DNA of 64,000 nucleotides, taken from contig NC_090400.1 in NCBI RefSeq assembly GCF_036365525.1, positions 42,091,365 through 42,155,364 on the forward strand, in the 5' to 3' direction. Under the pieces are notes generated by a model, which was not told the DNA's origin, made no database searches, and saw only the letters and a program-made list of their open reading frames with translations. The stretch comes from Heterodontus francisci (lineage: Eukaryota). Positions 51,411 to 63,745 of this stretch are shown here, one piece after another (positions within the stretch are counted from its first letter, which is position 1; every line of letters begins with the position of its first letter). The position numbers and the translations under genes were made by a program.

Positions 51411-52034
51411 TAATCCTTCCGTGTTTCTGTTCTCATGCAGATCAGCGTCATGCTGAAGGACGCAGAGCCCGAGAGACCGGGGGCCAGCCGGTCACCTCAA
51501 AGGGGGTTTCCTTGGAGGGCGCAGTGTCACATCATTCCCCAGCATCCTCCACCAGCGCGGATACTCTCACTTTGGGTGTGGGTTCATGAGAAGATTCAGG
51601 GTCACTAGCTGGTGAGCACATCACTGACGCCCCCGAGCAGCTGACGGAGGCTGTGACAGCGGAGGCTACTGATGATTGGAGGACTGTGGGAGGCCAGGCC
51701 CATGCTGAGATCCAGACTGAAGATATGCCTCTGGAGTCGTTTGCAACATGGCACCTGCTGCAGCGAGAGGTGAGTGAACATCTGGCGGAGCTTCCAGAGT
51801 CTATGTACACCCATGCATAGACAATGGAGGAGTCCATCCAGGCCATGAGTGCTGCCATGTCTCTGGCATGTGCACATGGCTTCCTCCATGGAGTGATTGG
51901 TGACACTCATGGAGAGCCTGATCCAGCAGACCACTGAGTGAATCTGGGGATGCGCGCAGACCTTGGTGCCATCGCTTTGTCCTTGAGCTGTATGCAGCAG
52001 TGGCAAGGCAAGAGGGGGACAAGGCACCTGGAGT

Positions 52035-53760
52035 TTCCACCAGGGTCAGAGGACATAGCTGAAGTATTAAATGAATACTTTGCATCTGTCTTTACCAAGG
52101 AAGAAGATGCAACCCAGGCAATGTTGAAAGAGGAGGTAAGTCAGACACTAGATGGATTTAAAATTGATAAAGACGAAGTATTAGACAGGCTGTCTACTTA
52201 GAGTGGATAAGGCACCAGGGCTGGATGAGGTGCATCCACGGATACTAAGGGAAGTGAGGGTGGATATCACAGACGCACTGGCCATAATTTTTCAGTCTTC
52301 CTTAGACTCAGGGGAGGTGCCAGAGGATTGGAGAATTGCAAACATTACACCTTTGTTCAAAAAAGGTGTAAAGATAAGCCCAGCAACTACAGGCCAAGTC
52401 AGTTTAACTTCGGTGGTGGGAAAAGTTCCAGAAAAAAATAATTCGGGACAAAATCAATAGTCACATGGACAAATGCGAGTTAATTAAGGAAAGCTAGCAT
52501 GGATTTCTTAAGGGAAAATTATGTTTAACTAATTTGCTGGGTTTTTCTTTTGAGGAGGTAACAGAGAGGGTTGATGAGAGCAATGCTGTTGATGTGGTGT
52601 ACTTGGACTTTAAAAAGGCGTTTGATACAGTGCCACACAACAGACTTGTGAGCAAACTTGTAGCTCATGGAATAAAAGGGACGGTAGCAACATGGATACG
52701 AAACTGGCTGAGTGACAGGAAACAAAGAGTAGTGGTTAATGGATATTTTTCAGGCTGGAGGAAGGTTTGTAGCGGAGTTCCCCTATGGTCAGTTTTGAGA
52801 CCCTTGCTTTTCCTGATGTATATTAATGACCTAGACCTTGGTGTACAGGGCGCAATTTCAAAGTTTGCAGATGATACGAAGCTTGGAAACATTGTGAACT
52901 GTGAGGAGGATAGTGTAGAACTTCAAAAGGACATAGACAAGTTGGTGGAATGGGCAGACAGGTGGCAGATGAAGTTCAATGCAGAGAAATGTGAGGTGAT
53001 TCATTTTGGTTGGAAGAACATGGAGAGACAATATAGAATAAAGGGCACAATTCTAAAGGGGGAGCAGGAGCAGAGAGACCGAGGTGTGTACGTGCATAAG
53101 TCATTAAAGGTGGCAGGACAGGTTAAGAGAGCTGATAGTAAAGCATAGAGTATCCTGGGCATGAGTACAAGAGCAAGGAAATTATGTTGAACTTGTATCA
53201 GACACTAGTTCGGCCTCAGCTGGAGTATTGCGTCCAGTTCTGGGTGCTGCACTTAAGACCAGACATGAGGGCATTGGAGAGAGTACAGAAAAGATTCACA
53301 AGAATGGTTCCAGGGATGAGGAATTTCAGTTATGAAGATAGACTGGAGAAGTTAGGACTGTTTTCCTTGGAGAAGAGAAGGCTGAGAGGAGATTTGATAG
53401 AAGTATTCAAAATCATGAGAGGTCTGGACAGAGTAGATAGAGAGAAACTGTTCCTACTTGTGAAAAGATCGAGAACGAGAGGGCACAGATTTCAAATATT
53501 TGGTACGAGAAGTAAAAGTGACATGAGGAAAATCTTTTTCACGCAGCGAGTGGTTAAGGTTTAGAATGCACTGCCTGAGTGTGTGGTGGAGGCAGGTTCA
53601 ATTGAAGCATTCAAAAGGGAATTAGACAGTTATATGAAAAGGAAGAATGTGCAGGGTTATGGGGGGAAGGCAGGGGAATGGAACTGAGGGAATTGCTCTT
53701 TCAGAGAGCCAGTGCGGACACGATGGGCCGAATGGCCTCCTTCTGTGCTGCAATGATTCT
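52035..53760 (+). mobile_element. CR1 LINE nested in the Harbinger
   Basis: AEVLNEYFASVFTKE, YLDFKKAFDTVPH and FADDTKLG; frameshifted; tail near 53720-53760. Confidence 0.9.
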
Positions 53761-56277
53761 GGGTCCTTGTACCCATGCTGACCTGAGAAGAACAAGTAGA
53801 GGAGGAACTACTGCCTTTTCTGCTTCTGGGGGCTCCTGTTGGGGCGCTCCTAGTGTGGACAGCAGCTCCACAGTTCCTCGGCCCCTCTCCCAGTGACATC
53901 AGTGCCTTGGGTAGCCATGATGACAGAGGCGGGTCGCACCTGTGCAGGAGCCTCTCAACATGCCAGGGCCCTCCAGGCCTCAGGCAGCCAGAGGACGGCT
54001 GCCAAGGTCATCCCAAGCCATGGGGCCGCACAATCAGCAGCCTGCCTCCAACTAGGCTGCATGCACCGGGGTAGCACCACGTAGGAGCACAAATAAGAGA
54101 GTTGAGAAGAGCACCAACTGCACCTAGTGTTCATGGGTTTTAGCTAATGTAGGCGTAAAGCCTCGTTTCTGTTGTGCCGCTCAATAAATCTTTTGTTCGC
54201 TATTGCTGCTGCTTATTCCAATTCTTCTTGTTCTGCTGTACAGCCTTGCTTCCTCAATGGGCTGCAAGTAATGGAGTGAGTTGTGTCTTTTTTACGTTCC
54301 TTGGTCTTGTCACTGGGCACTGGGTGATTGTGTGCCAAATGAAGGAGGCAACAGCAGGCCTGATTTAAAGGTAAGGCTTTATTAAAATGTTTCTGAAAGG
54401 GCTGAAGGGTCACAGGAAGCGGCTATGTATTTGGGCATCCTGAGCCTCCCTTGCACGTAATTCATTGTGCCTTGCCGGTGGTCCAAGGGGGTCCCTCGTC
54501 TTGCATCGTAATCAGCAATGTCCTCATTATTCAACACCTAGCACAGCAGACCACCATGATATGCGAGACCCTTGCTGGGGTATCTTGAAGGGCTCCACTG
54601 GACCGATCTAGGCACCTGAATTGCATCTTCCGAAACCCTGTGGCCTGCTTGATGGTCGTTTGGCTTGACCGATGGCAGGTGTTGTACCTCTCCTACATGT
54701 GTGCATGGGTTATTCACAGGCATGAGGAGCCATGTCTTTAGTGGGTTGCCCTTGACTCCAAGAATCCATTCCTGAAGGTGAGTGGGGGTCCTGAAAATCT
54801 GTGGCACCTGGGACTCCCGAAGACATCGTGGCTGTTTCCCAGGATCCATGCACAGAGCCAAAGGATGTGCTTTCAGTGATTGCAGACCAGTTGGATATTG
54901 ATGGAATGGAAGCACTTTTTGTTGATTGAAGGCCACTGGCTGGTCTCTGGGAGCCTTGATGGCAACATGCAGTCGATGACACCTTACACCTGGGGGAATC
55001 CAGTGATGGCCCCAAATCTGATAGACCTCTTGCCTGATTTTCTGGATTGGTGTGTTAGTGCACATAGTCGCTGGCCCTCTTGAACATGGCAGTGATCACC
55101 TTCTTGATGCACCAGTGCGTCACAGACTGGGAAATACCACACATGATCCCAGTGGATCCCTGGAAAGAGACAGAAGCATAGAATTTGAGAGCCAAGGTGA
55201 TATTCAATGCCACTGGCTCACCAGCAGCAAGACGTAGAGAGCCTCAGTCTTTGCTCATATGGCCGCTCTGACCTTGGAGATAGTTGAGCCTCAGGCGGTA
55301 CTCTCTCTCTTGGGGATAGCCTCTTCTGCGCGCAGGAGTCTGTTGGCATGCACCTCTGCACCCTTCTCTGGCGTGTCCACCCTGAAGTTGGCCCTCTTGC
55401 AGCTCCTGAGATTCCTGATGTACCCTTGCCAGAGTTTGGACCTCCCTCCCTCTGAGCTGCTGCTCCTCCTCAACAGAGGCCCTGAAAAAACTGGATGGAT
55501 GTCGCCATGGCAGGAGGCCTCTCTTAATCCTAGGCTTCTGTCCAGATTGGCCTTGCCACACATCCCCACACCACCAAACTTTTCCCTCAGTAGTCTCTGT
55601 GAAGCAAGTGCCATTGCCCTCTGACTCAGCATGCCCCCTCAGTGCTTGAACCTCCTCCCTGCTTATGCTGTCATCTGGCAGTGCCCTCTGTACCACCCGT
55701 CCTGCCAGCCCATGCTGGCTCTCCCAGTGGCTGCCCGAGAGATCCAGCTCTTGGCCCCCGCTTCCTTGCCGCCTTGTTTAAGCTGGTGAGGCTCTGAAGC
55801 CCCATGGATCCTGTGTGCCATCGGTGAAATGCGCTGTTAAATTGCTGTTAATGGGCCTTTCGAATACCTTTTTAATTAGTGTCCCGCTGTGTTGATAGGC
55901 AAAGTCCGCTCTCAATGGTTACTGCCATTAATAAGATCTGGAAGCGATGTAAAGACGTCGGACTTCCAGTCGAACGTGGTTCACTCCCACTTCATGGTCC
56001 TCCCCACCTCTGAACTCCATTCCAAGTGGCCCAGTCAAATTCTGGACCTCTCCATAGAAGCTGCCTGACTTGCTGAGTATTTCCAGCATTTTTTTGTTAT
56101 GACAGATGGTGAAAATATGAAACATTTTGCTCTTTGTTTTTATATTTGTAATAATGTGTACTAACCAACTTTATGAAACTTGCTTAAAATGATTTTAGCT
56201 TTTGTTCATCCCTCTCTTAATCTTGTTTGTAATCCAAAATACATGCACTTGTCAAGTTTCCAATGAACGCAACCTTG

Positions 56278-56440
56278 AGCAAAGAACAAAGAACAGTACA
56301 GCACAGGAACAGGCCATCCGGCCCTCCAAGCCTGCGCCGATCTTGATGCCTGCCGAAACTAACTCCTTCCGCACTTCCGGGGCCCATATCCCTCTACTCC
56401 CTTCCTATTCATGAATTTATCAAGATGTCTCTTAAACGTC
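56278..56440 (-). mobile_element. 3' end of the young CR1 family seen at 9409-12290
   Basis: caaagaacaaagaacagtacagcacaggaacaggcc...ccctccaagcctgcgccgatc is the reverse complement of 12215-12290. Confidence 0.8.
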
Positions 56441-56744
56441 GCAAATTGTCCTTTTTTAATAGCCATTCTTAGGATGTGAGCATTGCCGGCAAGGTGAGCA
56501 TTTATTGCCCATCCCTAATTGCCCTTGAGCAGGTGGTGGTGGTGAGCTGCCCACAACTGTGAGTGGCTTTCTAGGCCATTTCAGAGGGCAGTTAAGAGTC
56601 AACCACATTGTTGTGGGTCTGGAGTCACATCTAGGCCAGACTGAGTAGCTTTTTATTCCAGATTTATTAAATGAATTTAAAATCCTCCAGCAGCTGTGGT
56701 GGGATTTGAACTTATGTCTTCAGAGTATTATTCCTGGTCTCTGG

Positions 56745-58265
56745 ATTCTTCTTCTTTGGCCTCCTTGTCTCGGGAGACAATGGGTAAGCGCCTGGAGGTG
56801 GTCAGTGGTTTGTGAAGCAGCGCCTGGAGTGGCTATAAAGGCCAATACTAGAGTGACAGTCTCTTCCACAGGTGCTGCAGATAAAATTGGTTGTCAGGGC
56901 TGTTTCGCAGTTGGCTCTCCCCTTGCGCTTCTGTCTTTTTTCCTGCCAACTGCTAATTCTCTTCGACTTGCCGCACTTTAGCCCCGCCTTTATGGCTGCC
57001 CGCCAGCTCTGGCGATCGCTGGTAACTGACTCCCACGACTTGTGATGAATGTCACAGGACGTCATGTCACGTTTGCAGACGTCTTTAAAGCGGAGACATG
57101 GACGGCCGATGGGTCTGATATCAGTGGCGAGCTCGCTGTACAATGTGTCCTTGGTCATCCTGTCATCTTCCATGCGGCTCACGTGGCCAAGCCATCTCAA
57201 GCGCCGCTGACTCAGTAGGGTGTATAAGCTGGGGATGTTGGCCTCCTCGAGGACTTCTGTGTTGGAGATACGGTCCTGCCACCTGCTGCCAAGGATTCTC
57301 CGAAGGCAGCGAAGATGGAATGAATTGAGACGTCGCTCTTGGCTGACATACGTTGTCCAGGCCTCGCTGCCGTAGAGCAAGGTACTGAGGACACAGGCCT
57401 GATACACGAGGACTTTTGTGTTCCGTGTCAGTGCGCCATTTTCCCACACTCTCTTGGCCAGTCTGGACATAGCAGTGGAAGCCTTTCCCATGTGCTTGTT
57501 GAGTTCTGCATCGAGAGACAGGTTACTGGTGATAGTTGAGCCTAGGTAGGTGAACTCTTGAACCACTTCCAGAGCGTGGTCGCCGATATTGATGGATGGA
57601 GCATTTCTGACGTCCTGTCCCCTGATGTTCGTTTTCTTGAGGCTGATTGTTAGGCCATATTCGTTGCAGGCAGCCGCAATCCTGTCGATGAGATTCTGCA
57701 GTCACTCTTCAGTGTGAGATGTTAATGCAGCATCGTCAGCAAAGAGAAGTTCCCTGATGACTTTCCGTGCTTTGGTCTTCGATCTTAGACGGGCAAGGTT
57801 GAACAACCTGCCACCTGATCTTGCGTGGAGGAAAATTCCTTCCTCTGAAGACTTGAACGCATGTGAGAGCAGCAGGGAGAAGAAAATCCCAAACAGTGTA
57901 GGTGCGAGAACACAGCCCAGTTTCACGCCACTCAGGATGGGAAAGGGGTCTGATGAGGCGCCGCTATGCTGAATTGTGCCTTTCATATTGTCATGGAATG
58001 AGGTGATGATACTTAGTAGCTTTGGTGGACATCCGATCTTTTCTAGTAGTCTGAAGAGACCATGTCTGCTGACGAGGTCAAAGGCTTTGGTGAGATCAAT
58101 GAAAGCAATGTAGAGGGGCATCTGTTGCTCGCGGCATTTTTCCTGTAGCTGGCGACGGGAGAACAGCATGTCAGTGGTGGATCTCTCTGCTCGAAAGCCA
58201 CACTGTGCCTCAGGGTAGACACGCTCGGCCAGCTTCTGGAGCCTGTTTAAAGCAACTCGAGCGAA
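56745..58265 (-). mobile_element. RTE (BovB-like) LINE, RT region to 3' end
   Basis: QEKCREQQMPLYIAFIDLTKAFDLV, GVKLGCVLAPTLF, ELLFADDAAL, FTYLGSTI and the C-terminal zinc finger. Confidence 0.93.
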
Positions 58266-58579
58266 GACTCTGGATTACTAGTTCAGTAACATTACCACTA
58301 TGCTACCTCCTATTGTCTGGGCTCACCAGGCTTTTTATGCCTGCAATGTTTGAGGTGAAAATCAAGGATCTTTGTAAATATTTGCAAGTGAAGCTAGAAA
58401 GAGATATCAGTTCCCTAAACACAGAAAAACCTCACTGTAAACAGTGCAGGAAAGTTATATTTAATGTCTCAAACTATATCAAACACTTGGCCTTTTTTTC
58501 TGTCCTGAGCAACTGGAATTCCCCAGTGTCAAAGTCCCAAGTGGAATTTTCAGGTCAAGCCCAGGCAGAATGGTGGGCT

Positions 58580-58605
<26 letters not shown>
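58580..58605 (+). repeat. (TG)n microsatellite
   Basis: About 13 TG units. Confidence 0.95.
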
Positions 58606-58611
<6 letters not shown>

Positions 58612-58769
58612 GAAAAACTTCTTGCAGACATTTCTAAATGATCAATAAAATTAGTAATTGCTGCCAGCCAAAACTATGCGATACATGTTTAGTTAATGAA
58701 TATGTAAGCAGCAATGTTTTTTGCTTTATATGTGAGCACCACCTCTGAGGTACAATGACGAGACTTTTA

Positions 58770-59240
58770 ATTGTATAGTTATAAAAGCAATGGAGAAGGT
58801 GCAGAGTAGATTTCGGAGGATAGTAGTGGGGGAGAGAGGTAAATTAGAGCCCTTTTTCACTGGGAATGATGAGAACATTGAAGGATCTCTTGATCGAGGT
58901 GTCCACGATTATTAAGGATTGTGTTGTGGCAAATAGCAGAAGATTATTTACATGGGTCAACAAGATAATTAAAAAAGGCACAACTTTCAGATAATCACTG
59001 GAGAATTTATGGGGGAGTTTAGATAAAATCTTTACACAGCAGATGATTAGATTGTAGAGTACTCTACCACATACTATTGTTGGGACAGAGGCCATTAGTA
59101 TTTTTGAAAGGGAGTAAAATGGAATGTTCAAGGACATTGGAAGTGAGCAAAACAGTGTGATGAGACTTGGGGGTTGATGTGGAGAAAAACAGTAGTGTGG
59201 ACTTGATGCGCCATGTAGCCTGTTCTGTGCTGTATACTTT
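58770..59240 (+). mobile_element. Old CR1 3' fragment
   Basis: ggagaaggtgcagagtagattt...tttacacagcagatgattagattgtag...gcctgttctgtgctgta. Confidence 0.55.
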
Positions 59241-60614
59241 CCATTGGGGCCAGTACAAAGTGACATCAAGAACCCATGGTCATTTTCGTCCCCACATCCC
59301 TTCCTGGGGGAGGGAGTAATTGTAACTCTCCTATTGTCTATTGAGAGATGCTAACTGACCACATTCTGGTGATCAAACTTGGGACCTAGCTGAATATTTG
59401 GATTAGCACCATATTAGACACTATTTACCTACAAAGCTGTGGAAGGAGGGAGCTAGCCAGCGTTAGCACAATGCAGTGATTAAGCTATTCCTTAGAGCAG
59501 CTGCCTGGTAGCTTAGTGTTTTCCTATCTGCTCTTTCATTTGGGCCCAAAACCGACGGATGCCAATGCTCTTGTGATCATTATTGGGTTTCATTTTACAA
59601 GTGAGGTTTTATTTCTCACGTGTTGGAGTATTGACTTGTTGCTAACCTGTGATTTGGATAAAAGATAACACAGTTGGTCAACAAAGAACACTGCAATTCA
59701 CCATCAGGGCTGTAACTAACTTCCATACTGCTGGATGAAGAAAATCATAAGCGCCAGATCCAATACTAAACAGTTAATTGATTTTATTGTCCAAACCACA
59801 ACTTTAGCTTATTCCTCAATCTAAAACTTGCACTCCGTTATAGTCTGTGAAAATAAACACCATCAATTACTAATTGAACCACATGGTCAGACAGTGTACA
59901 TGGTGTTTTTATAGTTTCCCGATGCTGTCACCAAGTTACAGCTCTTCAGAATTTGTCATTGAGATTTTCACATTAGAAGTGTTCAGCAAACTCATCGTCC
60001 GTACTGATTTAGCCCCTTTTATCTCAACATAGGCACAGCCCTGTGATTTTTTTTTCTTCTCTGCAATCCCAGTAACTGTAGTGGTTACTATAGTTGTGTT
60101 AATATTGGCACTTTTCAGGCAGAGCACATAGCTGTATTTTTGAGACTTTAAAACCAAAGTTCTTCATCAAGCAGAATCATAATGCCAGTCACACATGATG
60201 GCATACATCAAGAGAGTGAAGTTTGAATGATTTTGACCTACCTGAACTTAATGCCGTGTCACATCCTTAACACACTTCTAGCTTATTTGTAAAATACCAG
60301 CTGATCACCTCCTGTGGCAGTACTAACGGCCATTCAGAGAATATAATGAAGTGTGATGGTGCTTAGAGGATGTGTGTGCTTATGTATATGATTTAGATAT
60401 ACTGTTGAAATTGGTTAGTTTTTTTGCATTTTAGGTGCGGTTTCCTTTGACTTTTAGTGTTTCATTTGATTCTACTCTATAGTAGTGCATTATATTAAAT
60501 TTATATATTGTATGGTAGTTCACAAGTTATGACTAGACAGGTTTGCTTTGTGACTATGAATCAGCAATAGATTCTCACTAACATCGTACCCATGTGAGTA
60601 TAGCAGTAAGGCTT

Positions 60615-61530
60615 TACTGTATCAGAGTGCTGATTGGTTGGCAAGTGGACTCTGGTAGAGGCGTTTCCATGGAGAATGCTCCAGTTTATAGTTGTGAACA
60701 GCAGAAGGGACATGTTTGAGTAACATTTTCACGCTGCTACAATGTAGTAGCAACAGATGTGGTATTTTCCATTAAGAGTGTTGCCGTCAAGCCAAAAAGA
60801 TGTACTGCCTATCACACAAATGAGTAATGTGATATATCAATTTCAATGCCAGTGTGATGCTCGGGTTTATAGCATATACGTCCCAAAGACGGGCGGATCA
60901 TATCAAACAACATGTCCCTTCTGCCGTTCGCAATGGGCAAGGGACAGACTATATCCAACCACCCCGTGCTTGCAAAACTCAAAGTACAGTGTTGAACATC
61001 AGATGTGATTCCACGATTGGACAACATTTGCTAAATAATCCGCAGTGTGCTAAGAATTACACTGACGACCAATTTAATATTGTCAGTTGGGCTCACTGTG
61101 TGGCAAATTTGTGTGTACTGGAAGCTACATATATTAATACTCATGGCCCTGTTCTTTGCAGACAGAAAGGACATGTACACGCATTATGCCTGTTTCAGCT
61201 AAACAAAATTATTGACAGCCATTCGCTGGTTCATTGGTCAAGGCATTGCCCTGAGGAATCAGAGTCAAGCTGCCTGGTTTAAATTTCAAACAAAGCTTGG
61301 CAGTTAACTGTCAGTCGCCATGAACTGGTGTATTCTCCATGGCAACACCTCTACCAAACAGAGTCCACTTGCCAACCAATCAGCACTCCTCATGTTGTAT
61401 AAATTTGATGCTTTCCCTTACGTTCGTATTCTTGCGTATTCTCCTGATGAGTGCAAGACGAAAAGCTTCGACAAAATGTCTCTATTTTCAGCAATACTCG
61501 AGTTCTGTACTACCAAACGACTATTTGTGG
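60615..61530 (+). mobile_element. Penelope-like retroelement remnant: GIY-YIG endonuclease end, pseudo-LTR and inverted partial pseudo-LTR
   Basis: SNVIYQFQCQCDAR..., TSQRRADHIKQHVP, DSTIGQHLLNNPQCA and LEATYINTHGPVLCRQK. About 60623-60688 is the reverse complement of about 61324-61388. Confidence 0.85.
61436..61476 (+). ncRNA. Minimal hammerhead ribozyme motif in the Penelope pseudo-LTR
   Basis: CTGATGA (61444-61450), short stem II GT-gcaag-AC, then GAAA and palindromic AAGCTT-C. Typical of Penelope minimal hammerheads. Confidence 0.7.
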
Positions 61531-61859
61531 CTTTGCTAAGTGTTACACTTGGAAATGCAGTGAGTGAAATCTGAAAACTGTTCTATTTTGAAGTCACAGA
61601 AATTTTCACAAGGTGCTGGACATGCTTACTATAATTACAGAGTGCAATAGACCTGTTATTTTCTTCTCCCTACCTTTCAAAATCTGGAAGCAGTAATATT
61701 TTTGATAAGAAAATGGGGAAATAGATTGTACTTTTTCACTTAAAATCAAATTCCCCATTTCTCTGGATAGTAAAGCATTTTTTTTTCAGCATTTGGGGCT
61801 CCCACCTTTTTTCAAAAACTGTTTTCTTGAACTGTCTGTAACCCAAACTAACTTGACTG

Positions 61860-63745
61860 AGCATACGAATTAGGGCCATTCGGCCCTTCGAGCCTGCTCC
61901 TCCATTCAGTAAGTTCATGGCTGAACTGATTACTCCACATTTCCACCTGTCCCCAATAACCTTCCACCTCCCTCACTTATCAAGAATCTATCTACCTTTG
62001 CCTTAAAAAATATTCAAAGACTCTGCTTCCACTGCCTTTTGAGGAAGAGAATTCCAAAGACTCACGACCCTCTGAGAAAAAGTTTCTCCTCATCTCTCTC
62101 TTAAATGGGCGACCGCTTTTTTTCCAACCGTGACCCCCTAGTTCTAGATTCTTCCACAAGGGGAAACATCCTTTCCACATCCAGCCTGTCAAGACCCCTC
62201 AGGATCTTGCATGTTTCAATCAAGTTGCCTCTTACTCTTCTAAATTCCAGTGGATACAAGCCTAGCCTGTCCAATCTTTCCTCGTAAGACAGCCCGCCCA
62301 TACCAGGATAAAAGCAAAATACTGCGGATGCTGGAAATCTGAAACAAAAACAAGAAATGCTGGATTCACTCAGCAGGTCTGGCAGCATCTGTGGAAAGAG
62401 AAGCAGAGTTAACGTTTCGGGTCAGTGACCCTTCTTCGGAACTTGGGTTCCGAAGGGTCACTGACCCGAAACGTTAACTCTGCTTCTCTTTCCACAGATG
62501 CTGCCAGACCTGCTGAGTGAATCCAGCATTTCTTGTTTTTGTCGCCCATACCAGGTATTAGTTTAGTAAACCTTCTCTGAACTACTTCCTTCCTTAAATG
62601 AGGACACCAGTACTGTACACAGTACTCCAGATGTGGTCTCAACAATGCCCTGTATAGCTGAAGCATAAACTCTCTACTTTTGTATTACATTCTCCTTGCG
62701 ATAAATGATAACATTCTATTAGCTTTCCTAATTGCATGCTGTACCCACATACTAACCTTTTGCGATTCGTGCACTAGGACACCCAGATCCTTCTGCATCT
62801 CAGAGCTCTGCAATCTCTCACCATTTAGATAATTTTGCTTTTTTATTCTTCCTGCTAAAGTGGACAATTTCCCACTTTCCCACATTATACTCCATTTGCC
62901 AGGTCTTTGCCCACTCACTTAACCTATCTATATCCCTTTGTAGCCTCCTTATGTCCTCTTCACAAGTTACTCTCCTACCTATCTTTGTGTCATCAGCAAA
63001 TTTAGCAACCATACCTTCGGTCCCTATTTCTATGTCATTATTATAAATTGTAAAAAGTTGAGGCCCCAGCACAGATCCCTGTGGCACACCATTCATTACA
63101 TCTTGCCAACCAGAAAATGACCCATTTATGCTGACTGTTTCCTATTGGCCAACCAATCTTCTATCCATGCCAATATGTTACTCCCTACACAATGAGCTTT
63201 TATTTTCTGCAATAACCTTTGATGTGGCACCTTATCAAATGCCTTCTGGAAATCTAAGTACAATGCATCCACATCACATGTAACTCCCTCAGAGAACTCC
63301 AATAAATTGGGTAAACATGATTCCCTTTCACAAAACCATGTTGATTTTGCCTGATTACCTTGAATTTTTCTAAATACCCTGCTATAACGTTTGTAATAAT
63401 AGCTTCGAACATTTTCCCTAAGACAGATGTTAGGCTAACTGACCTGTAGTCTGCTGCTTTCTGTCTCCCTCCTTTTTTTTTGAATAAAGGAGTTACATTC
63501 GCTATTTTCCAATCTAATAGAACCTTCCCCGAATCTAGGGAATTTTGGAAAATTAAAACTAACGCATCAACTATCTCACTAGCCACTTCTTTTAACAGCC
63601 TAGGATGAAGTCCATCAGGACCCAGGGACTTGTCAGCCCGTAGTTCCAATAACTTGTTCAGTACCATTCCCCTGGTGATTGTAATTTTCTTGAGTTCCTC
63701 CCTCCCTTCCATTTCCTGACTTGCAGCTAATACACGTAGACACGT
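61860..63745 (-). mobile_element. Degraded CR1 LINE
   Basis: GPDGLHPRLLKEVASEIVDAL, NGVPQGSVLGPQLF and FADDTKIG on the - strand; tail near 61860-61930. Confidence 0.9.
62308..62542. mobile_element. Young fold-back Penelope-derived short element inserted in the CR1
   Basis: 13-bp TSD cgcccataccagg (62295-62307, 62543-62555). Arms of about 95 bp are perfectly inverted except for a 3-nt deletion, around a 4-nt ttgg loop. Confidence 0.9.

Larger units (their letters stand above)
50270..56048. mobile_element. Degraded PIF/Harbinger transposon in BLMH intron 2 (Myb-like gene on +, transposase on -)
   Basis: + strand near 50400-50590 reads VLQAVRARQEVLF...TKQTWTEMVEEVSSRGVT. - strand 55700-54400 has RRRGYPQEREYRLRLNYLQ, HVAIKAPRDQPVAF, FHSINIQLVCNH and FRCLDRSSGAL. 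Contains a nested SINE and CR1. Confidence 0.8.

Noticed and set aside
59936-60157. 73-aa minus-strand ORF in unique sequence
   Set aside because: No recognisable motif, non-ATG start and no convincing splice pair.
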